Source of the DNA: Myxococcales bacterium
GTDB lineage: Bacteria > Myxococcota_A > Polyangia > Polyangiales > DASUME01
Reading direction: 5' to 3'
Assembly (NCBI GenBank): GCA_047601445.1
Contig: JASGJH010000001.1
Span: forward strand, 4,128,001 to 4,192,000
DNA length: 64,000 bases
Part shown: positions 26,685 through 36,232 of the stretch, piece after piece
How positions within the stretch are numbered: the first letter of the stretch is position 1
How the letters are laid out: every line of letters starts with the position of its first letter
Position numbers and translations under genes: made by a program
The notes under the pieces: model-generated
What the model saw: only the letters and a program-made list of their open reading frames with translations
What the model was told of the DNA's origin: nothing
The model's database searches: none

Positions 26685-29390
26685 GTGATTCGGAAGGCAG
26701 TCCGTCACTGGAGAGCCGCGAGCTGGCGCGGCTACGGTAGCCCGAGCGTTGGGCTGTTCTTGAGCGCGCTGATCTTGCTGCATGGCACCGCGGCCCGAGC
26801 CGACCGGTACTATGACGACGTGCTTCTGTGCGGGGACCACGGCCTGGACCTGCTGGACACCAATCAAGCCAAGGCTGGTGCGAACGACAAGCGCTTGGCC
26901 GAGATCGACGAGCTACGCAAGGTCGTGTTCAAGTCCGGCCTGATTTGTCAGAACCACGACCAGTTTCCGTTGTGTACAGCGCGGGGAAAGGTTCTCGCGG
27001 AGCGCGCCGACCTTGTAGACCAAGGGTTCGTGAATCCTTCCCCCAACCGCAATCGTGTCTTCGCTGCGCGAGAGAAAATTCCGGCCGTCGATCTGGAACT
27101 CCGCTCTCTCGCCGGTCGGTTGGAGGCGATGGAGAGCTGCGCCGCGGCCTACACGCAGAATCCCAGGCCGGACGCGGTCGAGTTCGCCGACTGCCGCAGG
27201 TGGATCGATAGCGAACGGGGCACGGCCACGCTCGACGCCTTCCTCAAACTCGATAGTTCTTCCTCCACAGTCGACCCGCGCGCGCAGCCTGAGAAGGTGC
27301 TCCGCAATGCCCAGGCCGTTTCGCCGCTCCCCCAGCAAGCTCCGGTCGCCCCAGCGCCAGTGCTCGCGGACTGTTCCGACCCTCCCGCTGCCGACGATCA
27401 AGGAACGGGCAGGTTGTGCGCGGAGAGAAACACGATTGCGGGATGGATCACGGGGTGCTCCACCGCGCCGCTGTACATCGACCCGACTGGCCAAATGCGA
27501 GATCCCGAAGTGGACAAGCAGGGAAAGGCAAAGATCTGCGTGGACACGGGCGAGTCCGCGGCAGGGCGCGCGATCACCGTGACGCTCCAGAGCGTCGGCA
27601 AGCGCAGAGTCGTCTCACTCTGGCCCGGAGAGCCCTCAAAGGACGAGATCGAAGTGCCCACGCAGGGTGACGTGCTGAGCTTGCGCGTGGATGGCAAGCC
27701 CAACGCCTCCACGCTGGCCCAGATGTACACCAAGTGGGCGTCGAGCAACGACGCGCCCCCGCTCGGGTTCACGCTCTCGACCATGTTGCGTTCGTTGTCG
27801 GATGACGCACAGAAGGAGAGCGACGATCAGCAACTGGTGTCGGATCAGCTCAGCGACCTGGAAAACAAGCTACGTCAGGACCCGACCGTGCGAACGACCC
27901 GAGATGCCCTCGGGAAGCAGTTCGACCTGCTGGCACAGGCACCGGATCCGAAGGCACCGCTCGCAGGAATCAACGGCGCCTTCGACAAGGTCCTCGATGC
28001 CGGCACAAAAGTGGCGGAGGCTTGGAGAGATGCGGCCACGGACGCCAGCCTGCGCCAGAAGCGCGCGCGACTGGTCACGCGATTCATCAACCAGTGGAGC
28101 AGTCGTACCCCTACCCCGGTCGAGAATGAGACGCCAGATGCGCGGCGCACTCGCTACTTCAACGCACTGAACTTCGATTTCGTTCGGACGCTTGCGACCG
28201 ACCCTACCCCGGCGAACGGCGTGGTCGGCAACAGTCGCAAGGTCCTCACCGAAACCGTTTCGCGGCTGTGCTTCCTGGCGTCACAACGCGTGCTGGTGGT
28301 TTCGCACGACGCGTTGTTCAAGCCAGCGGCGCCACCGACGTTGCCCCCCGATTGCCCCCAGCGGCTCGACAAGGGCACCATGGTGGACCGCATCGCGCAC
28401 AACAAGAAATGCAGGCAAGCCGAGCGGGTCACCAAGGCGGCCTACGTCCCACCGCCGCCCGTGTTGGCCTTCGACTTCAACCGCGGCATCGAGACCCTGC
28501 TTACCGAGGAGGTGTGGAGCGACCGGCCGTTCTACATCCGCGTGTCGAACGTGCCCCCGGGAGGCGGCGTGACCGTGCAGATCGACGGCCAGACCGTAGC
28601 CAAGTCGCGCAGGGTCGAGGTGCTCGGCGAGCCCAACACCGACGAAGCACCTCCCAGCCAGAGGCTCGTCACCTCCGCGCCCACTCAAGGCGACCCCACG
28701 CCTACCAAGGCGTCCATCATCGGCTTGAGCGGCACCTTGATCGTCCCTGTACTCAACCTGTGGCGCGGCCGCATCTACACCTTTCGCGTTTGCTCGAGCG
28801 CCTCGGGCCCGCCCGCCAAGTGCGACAATACGGATCCGCCCCAGGGCACGCCGGCGCCAACAGTGCAGAGCCAAGCCGCGCTCAAGGTGCACGGACTCTT
28901 TTACCTCGGCCTGCGCAGCGGTCCGGGTGTGGCGTTGCTGGCCGCGAACAAGCGCACCTTGCTCAAGGAGGGCGGGGTCGGCGCCGAGACCGTGTGGGCG
29001 GTTGGCAACGATCCTTTCGCGGCGCGTTTCTCGCTGCCGCTCCTGCTCGCTTGGTACCCATGGGGACGCGACCCGCTCTCTACCAAGACGGCGTTCTCGC
29101 TCTCGGCAGGCGCGGACTTGATGAACATCAAACATCGCTTCGTCGTGGGCGCCCTCGGTCTCGACTGGGGAGGCTTCGGGATCAACGCAGGCGCGGTCAT
29201 CGAAGTGAACCAGCGCTCGCTCGCTCCCAATGGCACTCGCATCGAGAGCGCGACGAAGCCCAACCTCGATGAGTGGGGCAAGAAGGACCATGTCTCCTGG
29301 GGTGGAGGTGCCTGGGTCACCATGGACTTCGACATCTTCCGTGTCCTGTACGCGCGCGTATTCAAGAGCGGTCTTCCGGAGTTGAACTAG
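26685..29390 (+). CDS. Large secreted hypothetical protein
   Basis: GGGGAGG RBS then GTG at 26685, hydrophobic signal ending AARA, paired Cys, aromatic beta-strand-rich C-terminus. Confidence 0.75.
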   Translation: MIRKAVRHWRAASWRGYGSPSVGLFLSALILLHGTAARADRYYDDVLLCGDHGLDLLDTNQAKAGANDKRLAEIDELRKVVFKSGLICQNHDQFPLCTARGKVLAERADLVDQGFVNPSPNRNRVFAAREKIPAVDLELRSLAGRLEAMESCAAAYTQNPRPDAVEFADCRRWIDSERGTATLDAFLKLDSSSSTVDPRAQPEKVLRNAQAVSPLPQQAPVAPAPVLADCSDPPAADDQGTGRLCAERNTIAGWITGCSTAPLYIDPTGQMRDPEVDKQGKAKICVDTGESAAGRAITVTLQSVGKRRVVSLWPGEPSKDEIEVPTQGDVLSLRVDGKPNASTLAQMYTKWASSNDAPPLGFTLSTMLRSLSDDAQKESDDQQLVSDQLSDLENKLRQDPTVRTTRDALGKQFDLLAQAPDPKAPLAGINGAFDKVLDAGTKVAEAWRDAATDASLRQKRARLVTRFINQWSSRTPTPVENETPDARRTRYFNALNFDFVRTLATDPTPANGVVGNSRKVLTETVSRLCFLASQRVLVVSHDALFKPAAPPTLPPDCPQRLDKGTMVDRIAHNKKCRQAERVTKAAYVPPPPVLAFDFNRGIETLLTEEVWSDRPFYIRVSNVPPGGGVTVQIDGQTVAKSRRVEVLGEPNTDEAPPSQRLVTSAPTQGDPTPTKASIIGLSGTLIVPVLNLWRGRIYTFRVCSSASGPPAKCDNTDPPQGTPAPTVQSQAALKVHGLFYLGLRSGPGVALLAANKRTLLKEGGVGAETVWAVGNDPFAARFSLPLLLAWYPWGRDPLSTKTAFSLSAGADLMNIKHRFVVGALGLDWGGFGINAGAVIEVNQRSLAPNGTRIESATKPNLDEWGKKDHVSWGGGAWVTMDFDIFRVLYARVFKSGLPELN

Positions 29391-29392
29391 TC

Positions 29393-30550
29393 ATGCACAA
29401 GCAACTCACCCTTTTGGTGTGCCTCGCTGCGAGCACCGGCGCGTGCGACCCCTCCGCCGAAGAGGTCAAGCCTGCAACCGTGGAGCTCTACTTCTCTGAT
29501 TTGGCAGGACAGCCGCTGAAGATGCTCGCCGCTGGCATGGCCACGAACTCTTGCTCGCCCAGCTCGCCCGAGGCGTATGGCGTCGGCGACCATCGGTTCG
29601 TCACCGCCCGCGTGAGAGTCCTGCCTCAGTCGCAGAACAGCGTGATCACCGTGCAGAGTCGCGGCGCTTGGCGCATCCTGCAGAACGGCACGCCGGTGGA
29701 GGAGGCGAGCCACGTGATCTCCCGCGGTCTCGAAGATCGACTCTGGACCTTCGAGGTCGCTGCCGTCAGCCTCGGCCAGGGTCTGATCCAAATCGTGCAG
29801 CCCTACGACGACGACGTCGACGCTGGCGTCCTCATGCCCGACGTGGAACGTGGCACCAACGTCGCCGTGGTCTCTCCTACGTGGACCCGCTTCAGCGGCG
29901 TCAATCCCGTGTACACCGTGGACCTGTGCAGTAGTGCGGCGGCCGGAGAGGTCATCACGCTCAACGCCACCTCTGGCAGCTGGCTCGGGGGCGATGCGGT
30001 GGAGAATGCGCCTGCCTCCACGCGCAGCGTCAAGCTCACGGCTGCGCCCCTGACGTGCCCGCCGGAGCTCCCGCAGGGCGCAGAACTCGAGTACTTCGCC
30101 GATTCCGCGAACCTCAGCCTGGTGCTGTCCGGCGCAGGCGGCTCTCAACGCTGCGACGCCTACGCCCTCGACAAGGTCGTCGACGACGTGAAAACCGTGC
30201 CGGAAATTCAGGGCACCTGGCTGCCGGTCAACGACGGCAAGGCCGAAGCCCTGGTGAAAGTCTCGGTCACCTTGCTCGGTCTCGGCGTATCCGATGCCGG
30301 CGCGTCCGATGCCGGGGTATCCGATGCCGGCGCCCCCGCTAGTGCCACCTCCACGCCGGCCGCGGCGGTCTCCGTGACCCTCGTAGCCGAGGCGTCGCTC
30401 GTGAGCGCCGAGCTCCCCGCCACCACCGATGCCAACGGCGTGTTCACAGCAAAGATCAGCGCACCCGCCACGCTGGCCAACGTACAGCTGCCCGTGCTCA
30501 TCGGCGGGCGCTTCCGTAAAGTCGTCGACTTCGCCGGACCCAAGCCGTAG
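29393..30550 (+). CDS. Putative lipoprotein, beta-rich/Ig-like
   Basis: MHKQLTLLVCLAASTGAC lipobox-like; starts 2 nt after the upstream stop; SDAG x3 repeat; TTDANGVF. Confidence 0.7.
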   Translation: MHKQLTLLVCLAASTGACDPSAEEVKPATVELYFSDLAGQPLKMLAAGMATNSCSPSSPEAYGVGDHRFVTARVRVLPQSQNSVITVQSRGAWRILQNGTPVEEASHVISRGLEDRLWTFEVAAVSLGQGLIQIVQPYDDDVDAGVLMPDVERGTNVAVVSPTWTRFSGVNPVYTVDLCSSAAAGEVITLNATSGSWLGGDAVENAPASTRSVKLTAAPLTCPPELPQGAELEYFADSANLSLVLSGAGGSQRCDAYALDKVVDDVKTVPEIQGTWLPVNDGKAEALVKVSVTLLGLGVSDAGASDAGVSDAGAPASATSTPAAAVSVTLVAEASLVSAELPATTDANGVFTAKISAPATLANVQLPVLIGGRFRKVVDFAGPKP

Positions 30551-30846
30551 CCCAACCACCGCGGCGCGGATGTGCGCAGCGAGATCGCCCGGCTTCTTCG
30601 CGGCGCCCCATCGCTCGAAGCCTATCTTGAGCACCAGGACGCCCGCCTCGGCGGCGAGGCTCGCGTTGGGCTCGGCGACTCCACGCGTGGACGCCTGGGC
30701 TGGAGCCCAAGCGAAAAGGGGCTTCTCGCGACCTCGATGACACGCACTACTTCGAGCTAGCGGAGGCGTGAGGAGCAACCCAAGCCCGGAAATTGGCATG
30801 CGCAGTCATTCGGGAAGAGGACCACTCGGCTATAGTCGGAGCCCAG

Positions 30847-31266
30847 ATGAAGCTGCCCCGCGCCGTCGCTCGCTTCAACAAGCGAGTAAACAATCCGATT
30901 CAACTCTCGTGGGCGTGGCTCTTGCCGCCCTGGGCCATCGTGATTCACCGCGGCCGTAAATCGGGGCGGGAGTACCGCACCCCTGTCGTGGCATTCCGGA
31001 GCGGCGATCTCTTCCTCGTCAACGTGCTCTACGGCAGCGAGTCCGACTGGGTGCGCAACCTGCTGGCGTCCAACGGCGGAGAGGTCGTGCGGATGGGTCG
31101 TACCTATCGGCTCTTGGATCCGCGGCTCGAGGAAGTCGCCGGGTCCGGGCGCAGCACGCTGAGTGGCCTCGCTCGACTCGTCACGCGGCTCGGAGACCAC
31201 GTCCTCGTTGCCCAGCTGGGCCCCAGAGTCGTAGAGCGCTCGCCTCGTGGCTACCTTCGCGGCTAG
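30847..31266 (+). CDS. Deazaflavin (F420)-dependent nitroreductase family oxidoreductase
   Basis: ARFNKRVNNP, HRGRKSGREYRTPV, YGSESDWVRNLLA. Confidence 0.85.
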   Translation: MKLPRAVARFNKRVNNPIQLSWAWLLPPWAIVIHRGRKSGREYRTPVVAFRSGDLFLVNVLYGSESDWVRNLLASNGGEVVRMGRTYRLLDPRLEEVAGSGRSTLSGLARLVTRLGDHVLVAQLGPRVVERSPRGYLRG

Positions 31267-31278
31267 AGCCGCGCCAAC

Positions 31279-32790
31279 CTAGGGCTTCTGCAGGACGAAT
31301 TCCCATCCGGCGGCGCTCGCCCAGGACTTGTTGGGATTGCCGTCGGGAGCGGCCGCCAGGTCGTCCAGGTCGCCCGTGATGGCCTTCACACTCCACTTAA
31401 TGCCGGAGGAGCTCCAGTCGACGCCGTACGCGCCGAGATCGGGCAACATGAGGCTGGTGTCTTGCGTGTAGACCTCCACCTTCGTGGCGCCGTCCGTCCG
31501 TTCCAAACCCGCGCTGAACATGACTTGGTAAACGCAGCCCGCTGAAGGCTTCCAACTGAAGATCGTGGAGGCCGTCCCTTGGGCAAAGACCTCAGGGTAC
31601 CCGCCGTGATCGGGCGCAGGAGTGAGCAGGGTTGGCGGCGTTGGTGCACGGATGGTGATGCCGTCCGGCGGATCGAGCATGCTCGCATTCGAGGCGAACC
31701 CCTGCAGCGGAAGAGGGTCGTTCAGCGGGTAGTTGCCGGAAACGGTCACCAACACGCCAAAGTCAGAGCCGAGGTTGGGCACCGGAAGCGTATAGGAAGT
31801 GGAGACGCCGTCGATGAGCTCCTCCGAAAACGAAGCCCCTGCGCTCGGGAGCAAATTGCTCTTGTCGTGAACCGCAGCGCTGATCACGAGCGACCTGGCG
31901 CCGTCTGCGGCGGCCGTGAAGGAGCGCGTCGACGACGTGATCGGCGCCATCGTCAGCGCGATGGGCACGTCCTTCGCGAAGTCCGCGATCGTGTTGATCG
32001 ATGAGGCGAAGCCCAGAAAGCTCGTGACCTTGCCATAGCCCGAGGCGCGCGTGTGCTGGAGGATCCAGAAGCGCATCGGCACGCTGCTTGGGCCGTTCCA
32101 GCTGACCCAGTCGCTGACCGGCGACACTTCGGCATACCCCTGGAGTGGAGAGTGCGGAACCGTGGCGAACACGCTGAACAAGGTTTGCCCGAGGGGCGGC
32201 TCCGGACTCTTGTAGTTGCCCAGAAAGCCCACGTAGAGCGTGGCGTTGTGGTCCGTCTGTCGCAGAGCCACTGGTAGCGTCGGATCGCGACGCTCGAGCC
32301 CGCGATAGATCTCGACGGTCAGAGGTCCCCCTGGGATCGCGACGTAGGCGAACGCAAGATCGTAAGGTGGGTTGACCGGCTCGACGTGAAACCAACCGTC
32401 CGCGTCGCTCGTGGTGGTTTGTCCCGCGACGTACACCGCAATGCCAGACACACCGAGGCCGAGCTGATCGACCAGGTGTCCGCATACCCCCGTTGTTGCG
32501 GCAGGGTCGTGGGGTGGCGCGCAAACATCCTTGGCGCTTGGCACGCCAGCTTCAGGACTCTCGGCCGCAGCTGCGTCGGTTTGGGCGTCCGGGAGTGTAT
32601 TGAGGGAAGAACCATCTATCCGCTCATCTACGGCGCGCCCCCCGTCGCGCACGATGCCGGAATCGGGGACCTCCCCGCCCTGAGGGGAACCGTGGCGACC
32701 ACTATCTGCGCACGCCCAGAGCAGAGCCCCGGCAACCAGGCAACCAGACGGACCTCGGAGAACGCGCGCGTTGGAGAGCTCGGAGCGCAT
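31279..32790 (-). CDS. Putative lipoprotein with carboxypeptidase-regulatory-like beta-sandwich
   Basis: LLWAC lipobox; VCGHLVDQLGLGVSGIAVYV...TTSDADGWF...PPYDL. Confidence 0.7.
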   Translation of the reverse strand: MRSELSNARVLRGPSGCLVAGALLWACADSGRHGSPQGGEVPDSGIVRDGGRAVDERIDGSSLNTLPDAQTDAAAAESPEAGVPSAKDVCAPPHDPAATTGVCGHLVDQLGLGVSGIAVYVAGQTTTSDADGWFHVEPVNPPYDLAFAYVAIPGGPLTVEIYRGLERRDPTLPVALRQTDHNATLYVGFLGNYKSPEPPLGQTLFSVFATVPHSPLQGYAEVSPVSDWVSWNGPSSVPMRFWILQHTRASGYGKVTSFLGFASSINTIADFAKDVPIALTMAPITSSTRSFTAAADGARSLVISAAVHDKSNLLPSAGASFSEELIDGVSTSYTLPVPNLGSDFGVLVTVSGNYPLNDPLPLQGFASNASMLDPPDGITIRAPTPPTLLTPAPDHGGYPEVFAQGTASTIFSWKPSAGCVYQVMFSAGLERTDGATKVEVYTQDTSLMLPDLGAYGVDWSSSGIKWSVKAITGDLDDLAAAPDGNPNKSWASAAGWEFVLQKP

Positions 32791-32922
32791 CTCCCTTTAT
32801 GCGCCCGTGGCCACCATCCTTGGCAAGCTCATAAGCCCTGCAATGCGGGGTGAAACGAGCGATACCGAGGACTGGACGCTCCTGGTAGGAATACGAATGC
32901 GCTTGGATATGGCGCGAACCGC

Positions 32923-33123
32923 GCGTCTGGGCTCTATCAGGCCGAACTCACCAAGCTCGGGCACTTCTCATTCATCTGCGATCATGGGATGGGCCACACC
33001 ATCCCCGCCGGCATCGGCAGCAGCACGGAGCAGTTCTTCGAGGACCATCCCTTCGGCGTTGCGCCGGAACCCTACGCGAAGAAGCTAACGGCCTCGATGC
33101 CCGACGACTGCATGCTGCCGTGA
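32923..33123 (+). pseudogene. C-terminal remnant of an alpha/beta-hydrolase (esterase-like)
   Basis: Manual translation ASGLYQAELTKLGHFSFICDHGMGHTIPAGIGSSTEQFFEDHPFGVAPEPYAKKLTASMPDDCMLP*. In-frame stop at 32851 and no ATG/GTG/TTG upstream of the fragment. Confidence 0.5.
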
Positions 33124-33412
33124 CACTCGACCTCGCCTGGTTTCGTTGACTTGCCTTCGACGAAGACGAATGGCGCGCGGTGCATGAGTCGGAGGCCAGC
33201 CGAACGACAGCACGCGTTACCCACACTCGTGTCTCTTTGGCGTATTCGGGGACTCCCATGCGCTTGCTCCGTTGAGGACAGCCTTCACCTGAGCAACCCA
33301 TACGCGAGACCTGCCCATCCGCGCGGGTGGGCGAGCCAACGCTCACCCGCGAGCAACGTTTCGACCCCGCCAGCCCTGGCTGAAATAGGGCGAACCAGTC
33401 CATAATTTACCG

Positions 33413-35941
33413 ATGCATGGCAAGGACGCCGAACGCCTCTGGTTGGAGCGTGAGCTAAGCGAGCTGCGAGCACGGGAAACCAAATATCGCACGCGTCTTT
33501 CCGATCAGGAGGCCGAGGCGACGCGCCTGCGCGAGTACGCGCACTCCTTGCACCGGCTGCTCCAGCGCCGTCCCCCGCTGCGCGAGGAGCTCTCCCACAC
33601 ACTTCGGGCGGTCGCGAGTCTGTCGGCCCGCGCGTTGGGCGTGTCGCGGGCGAACGTCTGGTTCATCGATCAAGAACGCCACGAGCTGCGTTGTGCCGTG
33701 CAGCTCGTGGCCGACACGGAGCTTCCGGTCGACTCCATGGTGCTGCCCCTGGCGAAGTGCCCGAACTACCTGCACGCGCTGGCCGACGAGAGTGCCCTGG
33801 CCGTCACGGACGTCTATGAGGACCCACGCACGCAAGAGCTCGCGTCGTATTTCCGCCAGCACAACATCGGCGCGCTGCTCGACATTCCCATCGTGATTCC
33901 GGGCCAGCTCTTGGGGGTCGTCTGCCACGAGCACGTGGGCGGGCCGCGCAGGTGGCTGTCCGGTGAAATCGAGCTCGCCTCCAACGTGGGCCACCTCGTC
34001 GCCCTCACGCTCGAGACGGAACGACGCCTCACGGCCGAGTTCAGCGCGCGCGACAGCGAGGCCCGTTACCGCTACCTGGTGGAGTCCCTGCCCGTCACCG
34101 TGTACTCATTCGACGGCAAAACGGGCAAACTGCAGTACGTGAGTCCCCAGGCGGTCACGCTGGGAGGCGAGAGTGCGCAGCAGTGGCTCAAGCAAGGCGC
34201 GGGGCCGTGGCTGCATCGCATTCATCCGGACGACCGGGCCAACGTGCGGCTGCGCTTCGAGCGCGGCCTGGCAGGCGGCTTCCCGGAAGAGGTTGTCTAT
34301 CGAGTGAACTTCGAGGACGGAAGCACCCGCTTCGTTCGCGACACCTGTCGCGTAGTGCGTGACTCCTGGGGCGAGGCCATCGCCATCCAGGGCGTGCTCT
34401 CGGATGTCACCGAGAACGTGGAGACGCAGCGTGCGCGCGACGAGATCGAACGGCGATACAAGGCGATCCTCGAGAATGTGGACGTGATCGCGGTCGCGCT
34501 CGACCTGCAAGGCCGCGTGACCTTCGCCAACGACGCCTTCCTGCGAGTATCGGGTCGCTCTCGCCAGGAACTCATGGGCCTGGACTGGTTCGAAGCTTCG
34601 CTCGCACCGGAGCAGCGCGACCCCGTCCGCAAGCGCTTTTTGACCGACATGGCGCGTGACACGGTCGCGCCTCGCTTCGAGCTGCCCATCACCACGACCT
34701 CCGGGCAAACACGGCAGCTGCTCGCCACCAACACGCTCCTGCGCTCCGCCGACGGCAAGACCCAGGGCACGCTCAGCCTGGCGCTCGACGTGACCGACCG
34801 ACGCAACCTGGAACAGCAGCTCATGCATCAGACCAAGCTCGAGAGCCTCGGACGCCTGGCTGCTGGCGTGGCCCACGACTTCAACAACTTGCTCACGGTC
34901 ATGCTGGGCCAGCTGGACATGCTCGAGACTCGCTTTGCTGCGACGATGGACCCCACCACCCAAACCATGTTCGAAGCGTTGGGCAGCGCCATCGACCAAG
35001 CCGCAGACTTGACGCGCTCGTTGCTGCTCTACGGTCGCCAGCAAACCTCTCACGCCGAAGTCTTCGTCCTGGACGACCTCGTGCGGGACAGCCTGCCCCT
35101 GCTGGAGGCCTGCGCTGCGGGCGGCGCAGACCTGAGCCTTTCCTTGAACGCGCCCGACGCGGCCCTCTCGTCCGACAGGGGACGCATGCGTCAGGTGCTA
35201 CTGAACCTCGTCGGCAACGCCGTCGATGCGACCCGAGACTTCGGCAGCAGCATTCGCATCTCGACGCACGTCGACCTCATCGACGACGCGGTCGCACGTG
35301 GCCATGGTGCCCCTCGAGGCGGCGAATGCGTGGTGCTGAGCGTGTCGGATGATGGCCGAGGCATGGATGCCATTACGCGCGCGCGTGTGTTCGACCCGTT
35401 CTTCACCACCAAGCTCGACGGACGCGGCACCGGACTCGGACTCGCAATTACCCAGACCATCGTAAGCCAAATGAACGGCTTCGTCGACGTCATGAGCGAG
35501 CCCGACAAGGGGACGACCTTCCGGGTCCACTTGCCCCTTCGCAAGCAAAACGGGCACGCGACGGCGAGCACGCCTTCGTTGGCACTCGAGCCCAGCGGCC
35601 GCATTCTGGTCGTGCAGGACTCCGCTCTATTGCGCAACCATATCGAGACGACCTTGCGCCAGGCAGGCTACGACGTGTTTGCGGTCACGGACATCCGCGG
35701 GGCGACCGAGGCGCTCAGCTCGGCCAAGTTCGACCTGCTGATCACGGATTCCCAGCTCACGGACGGGTCGGGCGCGGCGTTGGCCCGGAGCGCGCGACGA
35801 CTGGAAGACCTGAAGGTCGTGCTCATCTCCGACAGCCAGGCGAGTGAGGAGTTTGCTGACGAGACCCTGATCAGCCCCTTCGACCCCGCCACGCTGCTCT
35901 CCCTGGTTTCGCGCGCGATCGACTCGAACCGCGGCGTCTGA
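33413..35941 (+). CDS. Hybrid histidine kinase (coiled coil, GAF, 2 PAS, HisKA, HATPase, atypical receiver)
   Basis: GAF (LLDIPI...GVVCHEHVGGPRRW), AGVAHDFNN, GTGLGL. Receiver ILVVQD...ITDSQL...ISPF. Confidence 0.92.
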   Translation: MHGKDAERLWLERELSELRARETKYRTRLSDQEAEATRLREYAHSLHRLLQRRPPLREELSHTLRAVASLSARALGVSRANVWFIDQERHELRCAVQLVADTELPVDSMVLPLAKCPNYLHALADESALAVTDVYEDPRTQELASYFRQHNIGALLDIPIVIPGQLLGVVCHEHVGGPRRWLSGEIELASNVGHLVALTLETERRLTAEFSARDSEARYRYLVESLPVTVYSFDGKTGKLQYVSPQAVTLGGESAQQWLKQGAGPWLHRIHPDDRANVRLRFERGLAGGFPEEVVYRVNFEDGSTRFVRDTCRVVRDSWGEAIAIQGVLSDVTENVETQRARDEIERRYKAILENVDVIAVALDLQGRVTFANDAFLRVSGRSRQELMGLDWFEASLAPEQRDPVRKRFLTDMARDTVAPRFELPITTTSGQTRQLLATNTLLRSADGKTQGTLSLALDVTDRRNLEQQLMHQTKLESLGRLAAGVAHDFNNLLTVMLGQLDMLETRFAATMDPTTQTMFEALGSAIDQAADLTRSLLLYGRQQTSHAEVFVLDDLVRDSLPLLEACAAGGADLSLSLNAPDAALSSDRGRMRQVLLNLVGNAVDATRDFGSSIRISTHVDLIDDAVARGHGAPRGGECVVLSVSDDGRGMDAITRARVFDPFFTTKLDGRGTGLGLAITQTIVSQMNGFVDVMSEPDKGTTFRVHLPLRKQNGHATASTPSLALEPSGRILVVQDSALLRNHIETTLRQAGYDVFAVTDIRGATEALSSAKFDLLITDSQLTDGSGAALARSARRLEDLKVVLISDSQASEEFADETLISPFDPATLLSLVSRAIDSNRGV

Positions 35942-36232
35942 CCGGCCCACGTCCGCTCCCGCGATCGTGGCCGATTGGTGCGCCAGCGTGCGCCGAACGC
36001 GCTGTCCGCCCCCGCCGTTTGCAACGCCAATCACACCTGTCGTTCAACAACGCCCCGGTCGGCCGAGAGCGCGTCTGCTCCGAGCAGTGCTTGCTCTCTT
36101 CTTCCTCCAGACAAGGAGCCAACCAACCTGGCAATCGATCGCGGCTTGATGCGCCACTCGAGTCAATTGCTCCCGCAAGACCTGCGAGCCCCAAGCGGTG
36201 TGGGTGCATCGCGTACGTTCCCAGGAGACGCC

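Noticed and set aside
30551..30790. Short ORF 30572..30760 or gene remnant
   Set aside because: No recognisable motif or RBS; cannot be supported.
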